64,000 nt of DNA, from assembly GCF_006345805.1 (NCBI RefSeq), contig NC_042998.1, positions 104,284,001-104,348,000 of the forward strand, written 5' to 3'. Shown in pieces: positions 24,546 through 37,835 of the stretch. Within the stretch, counting starts at the first letter, position 1, and each line of letters begins with the position of its first letter. Below the pieces are notes generated by a model. The model was not told where the DNA came from and did no database searches. It was given only the letters and a program-made list of their open reading frames with translations. The position numbers were made by a program, and so were the translations under genes. The stretch comes from Octopus sinensis. Lineage: Eukaryota.

Positions 24546-24948
24546 GAGGAGTGGCTGTGTGGTAAGTAGCTTGTTTACCAGCCACATGGTTCCAGGTTCA
24601 GTCCCATTGCGTGGCACCTTGGGCAAGTGTCTTCTACTATAGCCTCGGGCCGACCAAAGCCTTGTGAGTGGATTTGGTAGACGGAAACTGAAAGAAGCTC
24701 GTCGTATATATGTATATATATATATGCGTGTGTGTGTGTATTTGTGTGTCTGTATTTGTCCCCCTAGCATTGCTTGACAACCGATGCTGGTGTGTTTATG
24801 TCCCCGTTACTTAGCAGTTCGGCAAAATAGACCGATAGAATAAGTACTGTGCTTACAAAAGAATAAGTCCCGGGGTCGAGTTGCTCGATTAAAGGCGGTG
24901 CTCCAGCATGGCCGCAGTCAAATGACTGAAACAAGTATAAAAAAAGAG
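24546..24948 (+). mobile_element. SINE family B, near full-length
   Basis: GAGGAGTGGCTGTGTGGTAAG..GGTTCAGTCCC..GTGGCACCTTGGGCAAGTG..internal (TA)(TG)..AAGGCGGTGCTCCAGCATGGCCGCAGTCAAATGACTGAAACAAG. Confidence 0.93.
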
Positions 24949-25090
24949 TATATATATATATATATATATATATAAATATATCTATATATAAATGTTCACC
25001 TTAAAGGTATCTTAATATACTGGCCACTGATGAAATTTAAAAAAAAAGTTTGATCCTATATTAGAAGCATATATATATATATATATATAG

Positions 25091-25131
<41 letters not shown>

Positions 25132-25171
25132 TTGTGTGTGTGTCTGCGCGCGAGCGTGTGTGTATGTATGC

Positions 25172-25206
<35 letters not shown>

Positions 25207-25434
25207 TATTGTGCGTATATCTATATACGTGTATCTATGCATGTATGTATGTATGTATGTATGCATCTATCTACCTATCTCGAATGAACACTCACTTTTC
25301 TTCATTATATACAATTGTTACTTTCAATCTGAATGCTTTTACATACTTATGAGTTTTTGGTTAAAATGCCACACAGGGAAAACACTTTATATTATTGTTA
25401 TTGGAATTATTATCATCATCATTATTATTATTAA

Positions 25435-25477
<43 letters not shown>

Positions 25478-25494
25478 TTATTATTACTATTATT

Positions 25495-26016
25495 GAGTGA
25501 GAGAGCAGTTCATGCCATCAAAGTGACACTGGGGTAAAATATACGAAGCCCAATATACCCATGATGACTACCCGTCTGATAAGGGTACACCAGGCACATG
25601 CATCACAAACATATGTGCGCGACATGGTGATCTCATATCAACATAAACAGCACATGACCTCGCAGGTGGGGCCCAGTTAGAATTTTCTTCAGGTTGAGTA
25701 GCCCATCCCGCTCAAAAGGTCCCTGAATAAGGTTTATTTAAGGATGTTGAAAGAAACACTCAAGTTTCCAGAGGTGAATTATTCAAACCCCAAATAATCC
25801 CTGTCAACACATGGCTATGATGCTCCCCCACTACTTCTGCTCGTGATCAGAGACGCACATATCGTCAGCCACTAAGGGACATGCTCAACTGGTTAAGGTC
25901 AAACAACTGACAAGCAAATCTGTGGTATTGAGCAGAATATTTGCTGTAGCCCATCTTTTATACCAAGACAAAACAATGTACATGATAACACTTCCAGTCA
26001 GTTAAGATCAGAAGCC
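25495..26016 (-). mobile_element. ~520-bp (AAT)n-tailed repeat
   Basis: Reverse complement aligns to 19665-20122 and extends further 5'. Flanked by (TTA)n and (CTT)n on the plus strand. Confidence 0.88.
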
Positions 26017-26022
26017 TTATAA

Positions 26023-26228
<206 letters not shown>

Positions 26229-26232
26229 AATC

Positions 26233-26635
26233 AAGTCAGCGAGCTGGCAAGATCGTTAGCTCGTTGGACGAAATCTTAGCGGTATTTCGCCCGTCGCTAT
26301 GTGAGTTCAAATTCCGATGAGATTGACTTAACCTTTAATCTTTTCGGAGTCGATAAATTAAGTAACACTGAAATACTGGGGTCGATGTAATCGACTATCC
26401 CCACTCCACCAAATTTCAAGCCTTGTGCTTACAGCAGAAAGGATTATTATTGATTATTATAAATCAAGGCGGCGAACTGGTAGAATCGTGAGCATGCAAG
26501 ACGAAATGTTTAGATGACCAACTTTTCCTTTCATCCATTCAGGTTTAATAAAATACTGAAGTTGATATAATTTCCCAGTCCACTTCCATAAAATTTCTAC
26601 TATCGGCACAAGCCTTTCTATAATAGAAGGGATTA
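26233..26635 (+). mobile_element. Two tandem SINE family A copies
   Basis: Heads at ~26233 (AAGTCAGCGAGCTGGC) and ~26466 (AAGGCGGCGAACTGG). ATTATTATAAATCAAG precedes or overlaps both (26220-26235, 26453-26468). Confidence 0.85.
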
Positions 26636-26898
26636 TTTTGTTTCGTTATACGCACATACAAACACAGCTCTGATGCACGCAAACACACGCTTACGCATGC
26701 ACACACACGCTTCCATTAATACTTGTAGATTTTCACCATTCCATTTTCGATAAAAGTGGTTGCGATGTTTGATGCCCATTTTTGTAATATGCGGATGTTA
26801 AAAATTTGAACTGTGAAACATTATTTTCTTCCTCTTGATGTTATAATCTTGAAACTCTAAGAACATCGACCAATCTATTAACTTTTCTTTTCCAAATA

Positions 26899-27383
26899 CG
26901 GTAAATCTTCGAGTATAATCCGCATTTTTTCCCCAAAATATAAAGGTCAAAATCCCTAGTGCGTACTATATACGAGGTTAAAAATGAAAAATATTTTCTA
27001 AGCAATGTCCAAGTCTCTATTTGCTGTCCAGCAATGTTTATTCAGATGCATTTTGTGATGTCGGGCGCGAAAATACCTTAAGCTAAGCCTAAAAGCAATG
27101 AAGTCATAAAAGAATCATCCATAACTTGCAATAAGCAACATTTATTAAACGTTATTACTGTTATTTCTTTATTTTCTGCAAACAAGATGTTATATATACA
27201 ATGATAATAAAGGAAGTTATCGTATACATTTTTACAAACCAAGGACGTTATATAGACCTCCTTGAGCCAAGTTAGAGAAGGGGTGCGTATTATACACAAT
27301 GTTCAGGTTTTTTCAGAGGTAGAGCCCCCTAAAAATCTCCTGCGTATTATACTCAAGGGCGGACTATACTCGAGGATTTACGG
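26899..27383. mobile_element. pogo/Tc1-mariner-type MITE with TA TSD
   Basis: 25-bp TIR C(G/C)GTAAATC(T/C)TCGAGTATA(A/G)TCCGC (3 mismatches). TA at 26897-98 and 27384-85. Subterminal TGCGTA(T/C)TATA repeated three times. Confidence 0.85.
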
Positions 27384-28451
27384 TAAGCGTTAAAGATCGT
27401 TATTTTAAAATATTTAACGACAGTACTGCTTATTTTTTAAATGTTACACGTCTACACACACACATACACACTCACAATTCACGCACACACACACACACAC
27501 ACACGCATACGCACAGACATATGTTCTCTTAAATCATATACATACGATTATATGCATTGGTATGTTTATGTACGTGCTTATGGATATTTTATATAAAACT
27601 TATTCTACGCACACAAACAGACATACTCGCTCTTATAAACACATCGTTGGCGAATTGGAAATGTTTGGAATTTTTTGGAAAACTGGCTTTCTTTAATGTC
27701 ACAAACAACGTGATACAACCTGAGACCATTATCGTCGAAATGAAGAAGCTCTTGTAGGTGAATCCAATTTATGCACCTGAATTGTACAATCAGTCGTGAT
27801 GGTTGACTCCATGTTGAACGAACAAAGCAGGCTGTTTAGAGCGAAATTAATGGTTAAATTATACACCCAATAGTATAATACACCGGAATATACGAATAGG
27901 AGGATGGATTTTAAACTATCAACAGTTAAAACAACTGCATACATTCGTAATGAAATGGATCATAAAACATCAATACTAACGACAAGGTGAGAATCACAAT
28001 CATCCAAGAAAAACTCATGCGTCCTAACATAGGAGTGGTATATGGGCAGCAAAGCACTCACTCGAACATAATCAAAGAAGGGAGAAAATTGGCTTCCACG
28101 GCAAAATCTCATCTCATATAGATTGTGAGTAACGTAAAATCAAAAAAAAAAACTCAGACTTAGTTATACAGAATAAGAGAAATAAATATCGATTCTAAAA
28201 GCTGAACCACGACAGCGCATGAGACAAACCTGTTGGGTAAGGCGTTTTAGTTTCGATACGACTGCTTGATACTATATATATGGACAGTCATCATAAAACA
28301 TCTTGTAGGATCCATATTTTATATACGTTCTAAATATTATGTAGATGTAGGATGGCATGATACATTTCATTTTTATACGGTCGCAAAAATTCTTTTTCGC
28401 TGACTTGGGTTAAATCAATTATTCTACTCTGTGCACCAGCGCAAATGGATA

Positions 28452-28965
28452 TCTATATATATAAAACTGTAGTTGTGTGAGTGTCTGTCCCCTTCGATTT
28501 AGATTCCTAACTACTCCCACATTTTGCGGTGCAGTTTAACCAAATTCGGGTATCTTATAGTCGTGATTCATATCAAGCCCGTCTGGGTATTAGCGCGCGT
28601 CTACGATGAGTCTACGATTTAAAAAATAATTTAACATAATTTTTTATTCCATTTTAATGCATATTTTTTCGTGTGTCGATGGCGGCGGAGTTGGCGTCCA
28701 TGGTCACACCTGCACCTGTGTTGCTTCTCCCCCTTCTTCCCTACCTCGTGAAGCTGTGGGGAAGGGAGTGTAAGGAAATCAACGTCGTAAAGCGTTGTCA
28801 AGGAGACCAGCGTTCTTTTAGAACAACGACTTCATGGCTTGAAGACACCAAAACAGAAATGGCTAAGAAAGCCCGAATTGGCATCTATAAGGGAAGTAAC
28901 TCTCTAAAAATGCTTATATAGTTATTTCCCTTACAAACCCGAGCAACGCCGGGCGATACTGCTAG
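28452..28965 (+). mobile_element. Non-autonomous Helitron (514 bp)
   Basis: A|TCTATATATATAAAA 5' end; subterminal GC hairpin CCCGAGCAACGCCGGG (28938-28953); CTAG|T 3' end. All canonical Helitron hallmarks. Confidence 0.88.
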
Positions 28966-29447
28966 TATCTATATATATGTAGAGTTAATTTCACTTGAAT
29001 CACATCCTACGTCCAATCCCACAGTTGACAGTTTGGGAATATTTATCCTACCAAAACTGAGGGCAGTCCAAGCATTTTAAAACTGAGTAAATGGAAACTA
29101 TGTGGATGCAGATGGTATGGATTATATGTATAATTCAAAACACTCGTCCCTGGTACACTCTGTATTACGATGATTCGTTTTGAAGATCCTGTTAATTTAA
29201 GGATATAAGTCTTTTAGATCCCGTAATATATTCTGTTATTCAATGTGAATTTGCTTCTGTTGGAAGAACAACAGTAATACTCATCGATGAAATTGATCCC
29301 AAGTGATCAGCGTGCGTAAATGTGTATACTTTGTTTTAAAAAAAATATACATCCATCATAATTACACACAAAAACACATACATACATACATACATGCATA
29401 CATGCATACATGCATACACACGTGTGTATGTGTTTGTGTGTGCGTGT

Positions 29448-29972
29448 GAACTACGAGTTTACTCCCTGGAACGAAGGCACGACAGATATGTAATAATCTA
29501 CATATAGAAAACCCTAGCAGGGCTAGTACTTAATTTCGGCATTGAGTGTTATACAAATGCAAGAACTAGATGCTATTGTATTGTACCAAAGATACCATCC
29601 ACTCCGTCTAAAATTAGGGGCAGGTACTGCAATAGCTAAGGGTTGAAAACCCCGCAGCTCTTCAATGCCCTGCCACAAAAAGTAAGGAACCTACATAATG
29701 TGAACGTAGACATCTTCAAAAAAGAACTAGACGTCCCATTCTCCACAATATCGTATGAACCAACGACCCGGCATGAGGTTCAGACGAGGGCAGGGGAGTC
29801 AAACTTTCTCCATACACCAAATGGGCCAACAACTAGGACAAAGGCTCATACAGTAGTGATGATGTGAAACTCTCACCCCACCAAAAGGAAATCTGCTATA
29901 AGATAATGATAAGTAACGGTGCAAAGCACGGTGGTGCTCCAGCTGACCGCAGCTGCATGTCTGAAACGATAA
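29448..29972 (+). mobile_element. CR1-type LINE 3' end
   Basis: ELRVYSLERRHDRYVIIYI*..GLVLNFGIECYTNART..CNS*GLKTPQLFNALPQKVRNLH..FKKELD..EPT, then the tail GGTGGTGCTCCAGCTGACCGCAG..CTGAAAC. Similar C-terminus to 21235-21507. Confidence 0.85.
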
Positions 29973-30050
29973 ACGAATATATATATATTTATGTGTGTGT
30001 GTGTATGTATTATATATCTCTATATATTATGTATATACATATATATATAA

Positions 30051-30129
<79 letters not shown>

Positions 30130-30468
30130 GTATATACATAATATATAGAGATATATAATACATACACACACACACATAAATATATATATATTCGTTTATC
30201 GTTTCAGTCATGCAGCTGCGGTCAGCTGGAGCACCACCGTGCTTTGCACCGTTACTTATCATTATCTTATAGCAGATTTCCTTTTGGTGGGGTGAGAGTT
30301 TCACATCATCACTTCTGTATGAGCCTTTGTCCTAGTTGTTGGCCCATTTGGTGTATGGAGAAAGTTTGACTCCCCTGCCCTCGTCTGAACCTCATGCCGG
30401 GTCGTTGGTTCATACGATATTGTGGAGAATGGGACGTCTAGTTCTTTTTTGAAGATGTCTACGTTCAC

Positions 30469-30473
<5 letters not shown>
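29695..30473. repeat. 779-bp near-perfect palindrome centred on (TA)n
   Basis: Paired positions sum to 60168. Outside the (TA)n core I found T:T mismatches at 29854/30314 and 29960/30208 and one at 30052/30116. Confidence 0.95.
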
Positions 30474-30530
<57 letters not shown>

Positions 30531-30537
<7 letters not shown>

Positions 30538-30597
30538 TATATACCTATATATATGTATGTATGTGTGCATGTGTGTGTGTATGTATATATGTATATA

Positions 30598-30643
<46 letters not shown>

Positions 30644-30710
30644 TATATACATATATACATACACACACACATGCACACATACATACATATATATAGGTAT
30701 ATATATATAT
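30531..30710. repeat. 180-bp perfect palindrome centred on (TA)n
   Basis: 30541-30620 is the exact reverse complement of 30621-30700 (checked block by block), with (TA)n extensions on both sides. Confidence 0.95.
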
Positions 30711-30716
30711 ATTATA

Positions 30717-30794
<78 letters not shown>

Positions 30795-30969
30795 GCAAAA
30801 TCGAACACACATACACAAGGTGTGTGTGCTGCTACTTCGTGGGTCTGTTGCGTTTTAGGCATAAAAGAATACTTTCTCAATGCGTTTGGTAATATATATG
30901 TATATATATATATATATATCTATATATATATATATAATATATATAATATATATACATACATACATATAT

Positions 30970-31003
<34 letters not shown>

Positions 31004-31005
31004 AT

Positions 31006-31045
<40 letters not shown>

Positions 31046-34000
31046 CTACACACACACTAAGCGATTAAGTGGAGAGGAATATTAAAAAAAACCTAAGAAG
31101 TACAGAAAAGAGGGAGTGAGGTACACATGAAAATAGTGTGGAAGATACGGGAGACGATGTGTCGAAAGCATGTGCTAGGGTATGGGTTGGTGATTGAAAA
31201 CAAGCCTATAAAAGTGAGTGAATATCCGCACGAGTTTTTCGCCAATTGTCTTTGTTTAAGTATATCTAAATGTTTTGTGTCCTGGAATGTAAATTACAGG
31301 TAATGCCAGCGGCACCGATCACTGCTTCAGTACATTGGTCCAAAATTAGTACAAGCTAACATTGTTTGATTGCTACGACATTCTTAACTTTTATTAAACT
31401 CCATTCTACTTCCACACTGCTCCACTCCACTTAATTCTACGCTATTATGACAAGATCCTATTTTGCTCTCTCCCTCTCCCTCTCTCTCTCTTTCTATGTA
31501 CCTGTATTTGTATGTATGTATGTATGTATGCATGTGTTAGAGAGAGAAAAAAATCATACTCGCATATATATATATATATGCCCACGTACATGTACCTGCG
31601 TATGTGCATATATACATACCCATATATACATTAGCGTGTATCTCTATATACCTGAGTATTTAATGTCAGTGTTTATTCCAAATACTGTTATTTCTATCCA
31701 TACACATACAAGTAGTATCATTCCTTTTAATATAATACAACGCCAATTGAAGTGGGGGATGTCTCGATTGAATACTTAACCTATATTTTATCGATATTTA
31801 AGTTAGTAATTTTGGCAAAAAAAAAATCCTCCCACCAGACGTGCTTACCTATGAATACTATCCACTTTTTACCTATACGAAAAATATTTCTAACCGATCT
31901 CTTATATATGGATGAAGCTTTTTCTCCAATCATATTCTATCAGGTTTTCCATGTACATAAAGCTCATTTATGCCAACTTCTATTAGACTTCTATGCTGAT
32001 ATGTTTCTTTGCTCTTCAGTACCATCTAAAGTTGCCTGTCTTTTCGGAAAATATCTTTCATTGGTTGATTAATACTGACGCCAATATAATCCATCATTTA
32101 ACCCATCGTTCTTTCCCTTGTATTATCTGGATTTATGCCTATGTTTAAAAAAATATCAAACCGAGAGAAAATTTTTAATTTGTATATAATTAAACTTTAC
32201 ATTCTGTAAAATTAGAAAATGCTATTAGAAATATGCAGCTTTTGGATTCACACAAACTTCGATCTTGAAATTGTTGAACGACGAATGGTGAATATCTTAA
32301 CGAATAAAATAATTTATCTCCCAATAAAATTTCCTGCTGTCATTATCATTGTTATCGAGTTACACCGTTTCAAGTGCGCTTATTATAGACTTTAAAATCA
32401 TTGCCATTCGTGAAAGAACGGTATCTAACTAACACTTAAAGAATTTGTCGATGTTATTTTCGTTTACTTAGTTGAATTGTGAATTCTGTCAAACTGAGAA
32501 TGAATTTTGTATTAAAAGAGAATCATATAAGTTAAATGAAGGGGCCTCAAAGCGGCCGCTCGACCTGTTTTAGTTGCAGAAATATCTCCATTAAATCACA
32601 CAGACCCATCTTTAAAAATGGTCGACTGGATATTTTTCTAGCTTTCCGAACACATTTTCAATAACATATTCTAACAAAGAAATCATAAGGATAGCATAAA
32701 TAAAAGATTTTCATTTCAGTTAACACTGTACAACCTTTAGACATATTCATGTAAGTTGAAGACTATTGGGCAACTCGGACTGTTCTAGTAAGATTTCTAT
32801 AGGGGAAAATAGGACATTGGCACTACACCTAGCCTTTAGAATCACTGCTATGAACGCAACTATAAGGAATGAATGAACTTGTTCCAGAAAACAGAGTTCT
32901 AAGCACTAGATCATGCTCTTTCACTTACACTCGCGCGCACACAATATATATGTGTGACTGTATATATATATATATATATAAATTCATGTAAGGAAATATA
33001 CTTACATGCATATATCTGCAATATATGCATACATGCTTACATACAAACATACATACCTACAAATACACGTATGTGAAACGCACAACTGTATGTATGAAAT
33101 ATGGATAAGTATTTATAACCATAAAATCCACTAAATATGAAGTGGAGTAACTTATTTCGCACAGAAGAATTGTTCAATTGAAGATTGTTACATTTCGAGC
33201 CGAATACTTCGTCGACAGTTCTGGTCCTTCCAGAAGCAATATAACACATCTCACTTTTCAAAATTTTGTATCCGTCGGTATCATACTTTGTATGTTAGGA
33301 TGTTTCGACACAGGCAATCATTTATGTTTTCGGATTCGTTTGTTTTACGTATATAGATGCCAATGTCTATCTGCTTTTATCATTTATCTATCGTTCTCTG
33401 TACTTGTATGTCTATCCATCGCTTTTACTTTTTATGTCTCTATATATTTTTCTATATACTTAAATATATACCAGCATATTTACATTTAGGCACAAAATAT
33501 TTCTTAACTTACAGATATTCACATAAAATATTGGTGGAGCATTTTCATTAAGCATTCCACTAAAATCAAACGCATGTTTTGTAATAAAAATATTTGGAAC
33601 AGAAGTAAACGAATGTAATATTGCACAGAACAGTTGACCAATCGATGGGAGCATTTCGTCCCAAAATTATGGGATACGAAACTTGATATTTAACACCCTT
33701 CATACCTAAAATTCCTATTCCTTTTTCTTATCTATTTTGCTTTTTCTTTTTCTAGGGTTATACCAGATTATAGTTTTACATTTGTACTATATTCTTCGGT
33801 GTTTGTTGTTAAGTGTTGTTGTAATATCCTGATAAATCTTGGGTTTTCAAGCCAAGTAAGTATAAGCATCGAACATATATTCTGCAAATTCAAGGTGTCA
33901 GGCGAATATTGAAAGTATGCAAGATTCACCATGTGCCTCTGGTGCTTTTAATTTAATTCCAGTGATGTAAGGTTCTGGTGTTTAGTTAGAAACCGATCCT

Positions 34001-34576
34001 TTCTTTGTAGGAAAAGTTCAAAGAAACGCAAAAATTGAAAAACACATACACGTTTGTGCGTGTATTCGTGTGTATTTCTTTGTGCATTTATGTATGTGTG
34101 TGTGCGTGCGTTTGAGAGAGGGAGAGAGAGAGAGGGAGAGAAGAGGGAGAGCGTGTGTGCGTTCCACTCTTGAGAAACAAGGAACGAAGAATAGACGACA
34201 ATCAAGAACACACACATACACACCCGCACACGCACATGTATAGGTATTTGTGCATATACATAGTTATTTGTGTGTGTCAGAGTTCGTGTGTGTGTGTATG
34301 TGTGTGTGTGTTCCATTCTAGGAGAACCTGCATAGGTCATTGGTAACGCCTCTTTTCCTCCATCTGAATAATGAAAAGATATGGGTACACATGTATATAA
34401 TTATATATTATGATCATGCTTATCTACATGCACACACAACTATGTATGCATACTTGCAAGAAGAGAGAAGCACATATGTACACAGTCATACATGCACGCT
34501 TATACACAGATTCACACTTACATATGGGTGTATGTACGTAAATTATGTGTGTGTGTATTTGTGTATGTGTGTGTAT

Positions 34577-34615
<39 letters not shown>

Positions 34616-35260
34616 TGCGATGTTGAATCGAAGGTAGGGTGTATCGTGCATATTCTTTGCATATACATGCATATTACTTTAAATCTTTGTAGACAGGTTA
34701 TCTCATGTTGTATTCCATGTTTCAGTTCCTAAATAAATCTTATATGAAAGCACTTGACATTCGGTGCATGTCACAGTTATTTTGAATGCTGCTCCTGCAC
34801 TGAATGTCTTCAATCTTGTATCAAGACAGCTATCGCTAAAACCTTAAATATGCATAAGAAGTTAACCACATGAAAATTATAACGAGATGTAGTTGGTGTT
34901 ATTTTTATTTTTAGGATAGAGACGTTGTCTGATTCACCTTTGTGGCCGGGCTGTTGATTGAAAGAAAACAACAAGCTGGTGTTTATTATTAGAAGAGTGG
35001 AGAGTGCTGGAGTGAATGAGTGGAGGTAGTTTGCTTTTGGCAGTGGAAAGTGAAAGAAAAGGTTACACGTGGTGTCTCAGAATGTATATTTTTCTCCTTT
35101 CGGATGGACGCCCGTTTTGTATTTTTGTTTCATATGTATCTACTCACATCTATGTATGTCCGGAGGTGTGCAAAGATGTATGGATGTTTGCATGTATGTA
35201 TGTATACACGTACGTAGTATATATGCATGCATGTACGTATGTATGCATTACGTATATATG

Positions 35261-35313
<53 letters not shown>

Positions 35314-35824
35314 GCATATAAGTAGGTATGCATGCAAGTATGTATGTATATATGCATGACTGTAGAGGCCCAAAGTTCTCAGTCTGTGAGACTTTTGACT
35401 TACCAGAAGATAACAAAAATATCGTATCATCTTAATTGATATTGCAACTATGAGTAAATGCTTCACACCAGGATATACAAATGTTACCGGGTTATTATTG
35501 ACTATAAATAAAGTAAATTGGCCACCATGTGTGTTGTGGAAATCTGTGCATAGTCGATAAGTTGACTTTATCAGGAGTAACTATCAGTTGATAAGAATAG
35601 TGTTACTATGATTATGCAAGAGTCGATGATAGCTTTCCATAGACTACTTGCTTTTATTTTTTCTTCGTTTTTGTGAACCGTGCCTGTTTGCAATTTATAT
35701 ATCATCACTTCGGTTTGATTTACATATTATCACTTAAAGATAAACCTCTTTCCAACACCACAAAAAAAAAAAAAAAGATTGTGACCGTTGATAGCTGTTC
35801 ACACATTCTTTTATTTTTTTTATC

Positions 35825-36408
35825 CTTTTACTTGTTTCAGTGATTAGACTGTGGCCATACCGAGACACCGCCTTGAAGAATGGTAGCTGAACTTACTTTT
35901 GAAGCCTGGTCCTGTTTTTATTGGTCTCTTTTTGCCTAACCGCTAGGTTACAAGGACACACCAACACCGGTTGTCAAGCGTGGGGGAGAGGGAGCAAACA
36001 TAGGCGAGCGCGCACACGCAGACAAGCAGACAGACAGACAGACACACGCACGCACACGCGCGCACACACACATACGCACACACACACACGAACACACGCG
36101 ACGTGCATCTTGAATTTTTAGTCGAATGAATCGACCACAGTACTTATTTTTTATCCGTCCCGTTTGCCAAACCGCCAATTTACGCGACATAAACACACCA
36201 ACAACGGTTGTCAAGCCGTGGTGGGGGAGGGGGTCAAACACAGACAAAGGCACACATACATAGATATATATACAAATGCACCCACAAGTATTTGGTCGAC
36301 CAGAGGCTATAGTAGGATACATTTGCCCAAATTGTCATGTAGTGGTACTGAACCCAAGGCCATGTGGGTGGAAAGCAAGCTTCTTACCACACAGCGACGT
36401 CTGCGCCT
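35825..36408 (-). mobile_element. SINE family B: one near-complete copy (36109-36408) plus a 3' half (35825-36000)
   Basis: Reverse complement head AGGCGCAGACGTCGCTGTGTGGTAAGAAGC; two GCTTGACAACCG segments; tail ..TTCAAGGCGGTGTCTCGGTATGGCCACAGTCTAATCACTGAAACAAGTAAAAG. Confidence 0.85.
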
Positions 36409-36409
36409 A

Positions 36410-36446
<37 letters not shown>

Positions 36447-36584
36447 GAACACACACACACACACATATATGTATATATATACATATATACATGTAAATAC
36501 AGACTGTAGGTATGATCAGTGATTAGACTGCGGCCATACTGAGACAACGCCTTGAAGAATGGTAACTGAACGAATCGACCCCCA

Positions 36585-36800
36585 GTTAGTACGCCGAGCG
36601 AAATGCGTAGCCGTATTTCGTCTGCCGTTACGTTCTGAGTTCAAATTCCGCCGAAGTCGACTTTGCCTTTCATCCTTTCGGGGTCGATTAAAAAAGTACC
36701 AGCTACGCACTGGGATCGATATAATCGACTTAATCCGTTTGTCTGTCCTTGTTTGACCTCTCTGTTTTTAGCCCCTTGTGGGTAGTAAAGAAATGGGTAT
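36585..36800 (+). mobile_element. SINE family A (core plus linker), preceded by a family B tail fragment (36516-36582, minus)
   Basis: GAGTTCAAATTCCGCCGAAGTCGACTTTGCCTTTCATCCTTTCGGGGTCGAT..AGCCCCTTGTGGGTAGTAAAG. Confidence 0.88.
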
Positions 36801-37109
36801 GATCACATATACACTTATATACATATGTAAATCAAGTATGCTGGTAGAATCCGCTGACCATAGAGCAAAAACTTGCGTTATTTCATTACGACCCTTTACC
36901 GTCTAAGTTCAAAAACAACCAAAGACAAGATAGTCTTTCCTTCCTTCCTGAACCGATGAAATATAGTATAATGCCAGTCAAAAACTGGGGCGATTTAATA
37001 TGCCAACATAATGTACTCGATCTGAACGGAGTTCTTATGTTATGCTACAAAGGCGGTTTAGAACTTAACACTTCAAACATCTGATGATGATGATGATGAT
37101 GATGATAAC

Positions 37110-37796
37110 ACATGAGAATGGGAATAATCCCAACTTATGGTAGAAAAACTCTGCAGTCTTGGTTGACAAACTTAATAGAAATGATGTCTCGATAAAAATA
37201 CCGGTTGGTGGTTAACTTTAAAACACAAACCTCAATATAGAATGAAAATGTCCAATACAAGTGTCTCGAATAATGGCGTGTAAGAGGCTGGAGCAAACGG
37301 TGGGGGCCTTTTGCCCGGTAGGTACCTGGTAGTCATCCAGAGACTGCTTATACTCAGTCAGAAGCAGAGAAAATGGTGGGATAAGGAGGCCAAGCGAACT
37401 TTGAGTGCTGGATCGGAAGTGAACCCTGTAGAAGGGGGTTCCAACAACAGATGAAATCAAAATGGGATGAAATAGGGCACTCCGAGAGGAATTCTTTGGG
37501 ATTTGAATAATTCACCTCTGGAAACATTCGTGTTTTGTTCATCAGCCTCAAAGAAACCTTATTCAGGGACCTTTTGAGCAGGACGGGCTTTTCAACCTGA
37601 AGAACATTTTAACTGGGTCCCACCTGCAAGGTCATGCGCTGTTTATCTTGATATAAGGTCACCTTGCCGCGTACATATGGTTGTGAAGCATGTGCCTTGT
37701 CTACCCTTATAAGACAGGTAGTCATGATGGGTATCTTGGGCTTCATATATTTTTTAGCCCAGTGTCACTTTGATGACATACGCTGCTCTCTCATTC
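37110..37796 (+). mobile_element. Variant of the (AAT)n-tailed repeat with a different 5' module
   Basis: 37484-37796 matches the 3' part of 19665-20122. Sequence upstream of GAGAGGAATTC does not match the other copies. The 5' boundary is uncertain. Confidence 0.7.

Positions 37797-37835
<39 letters not shown>

Noticed and set aside
29864-30304. Nearly identical 94-aa ORFs on both strands
   Set aside because: A consequence of the palindrome, not genes.
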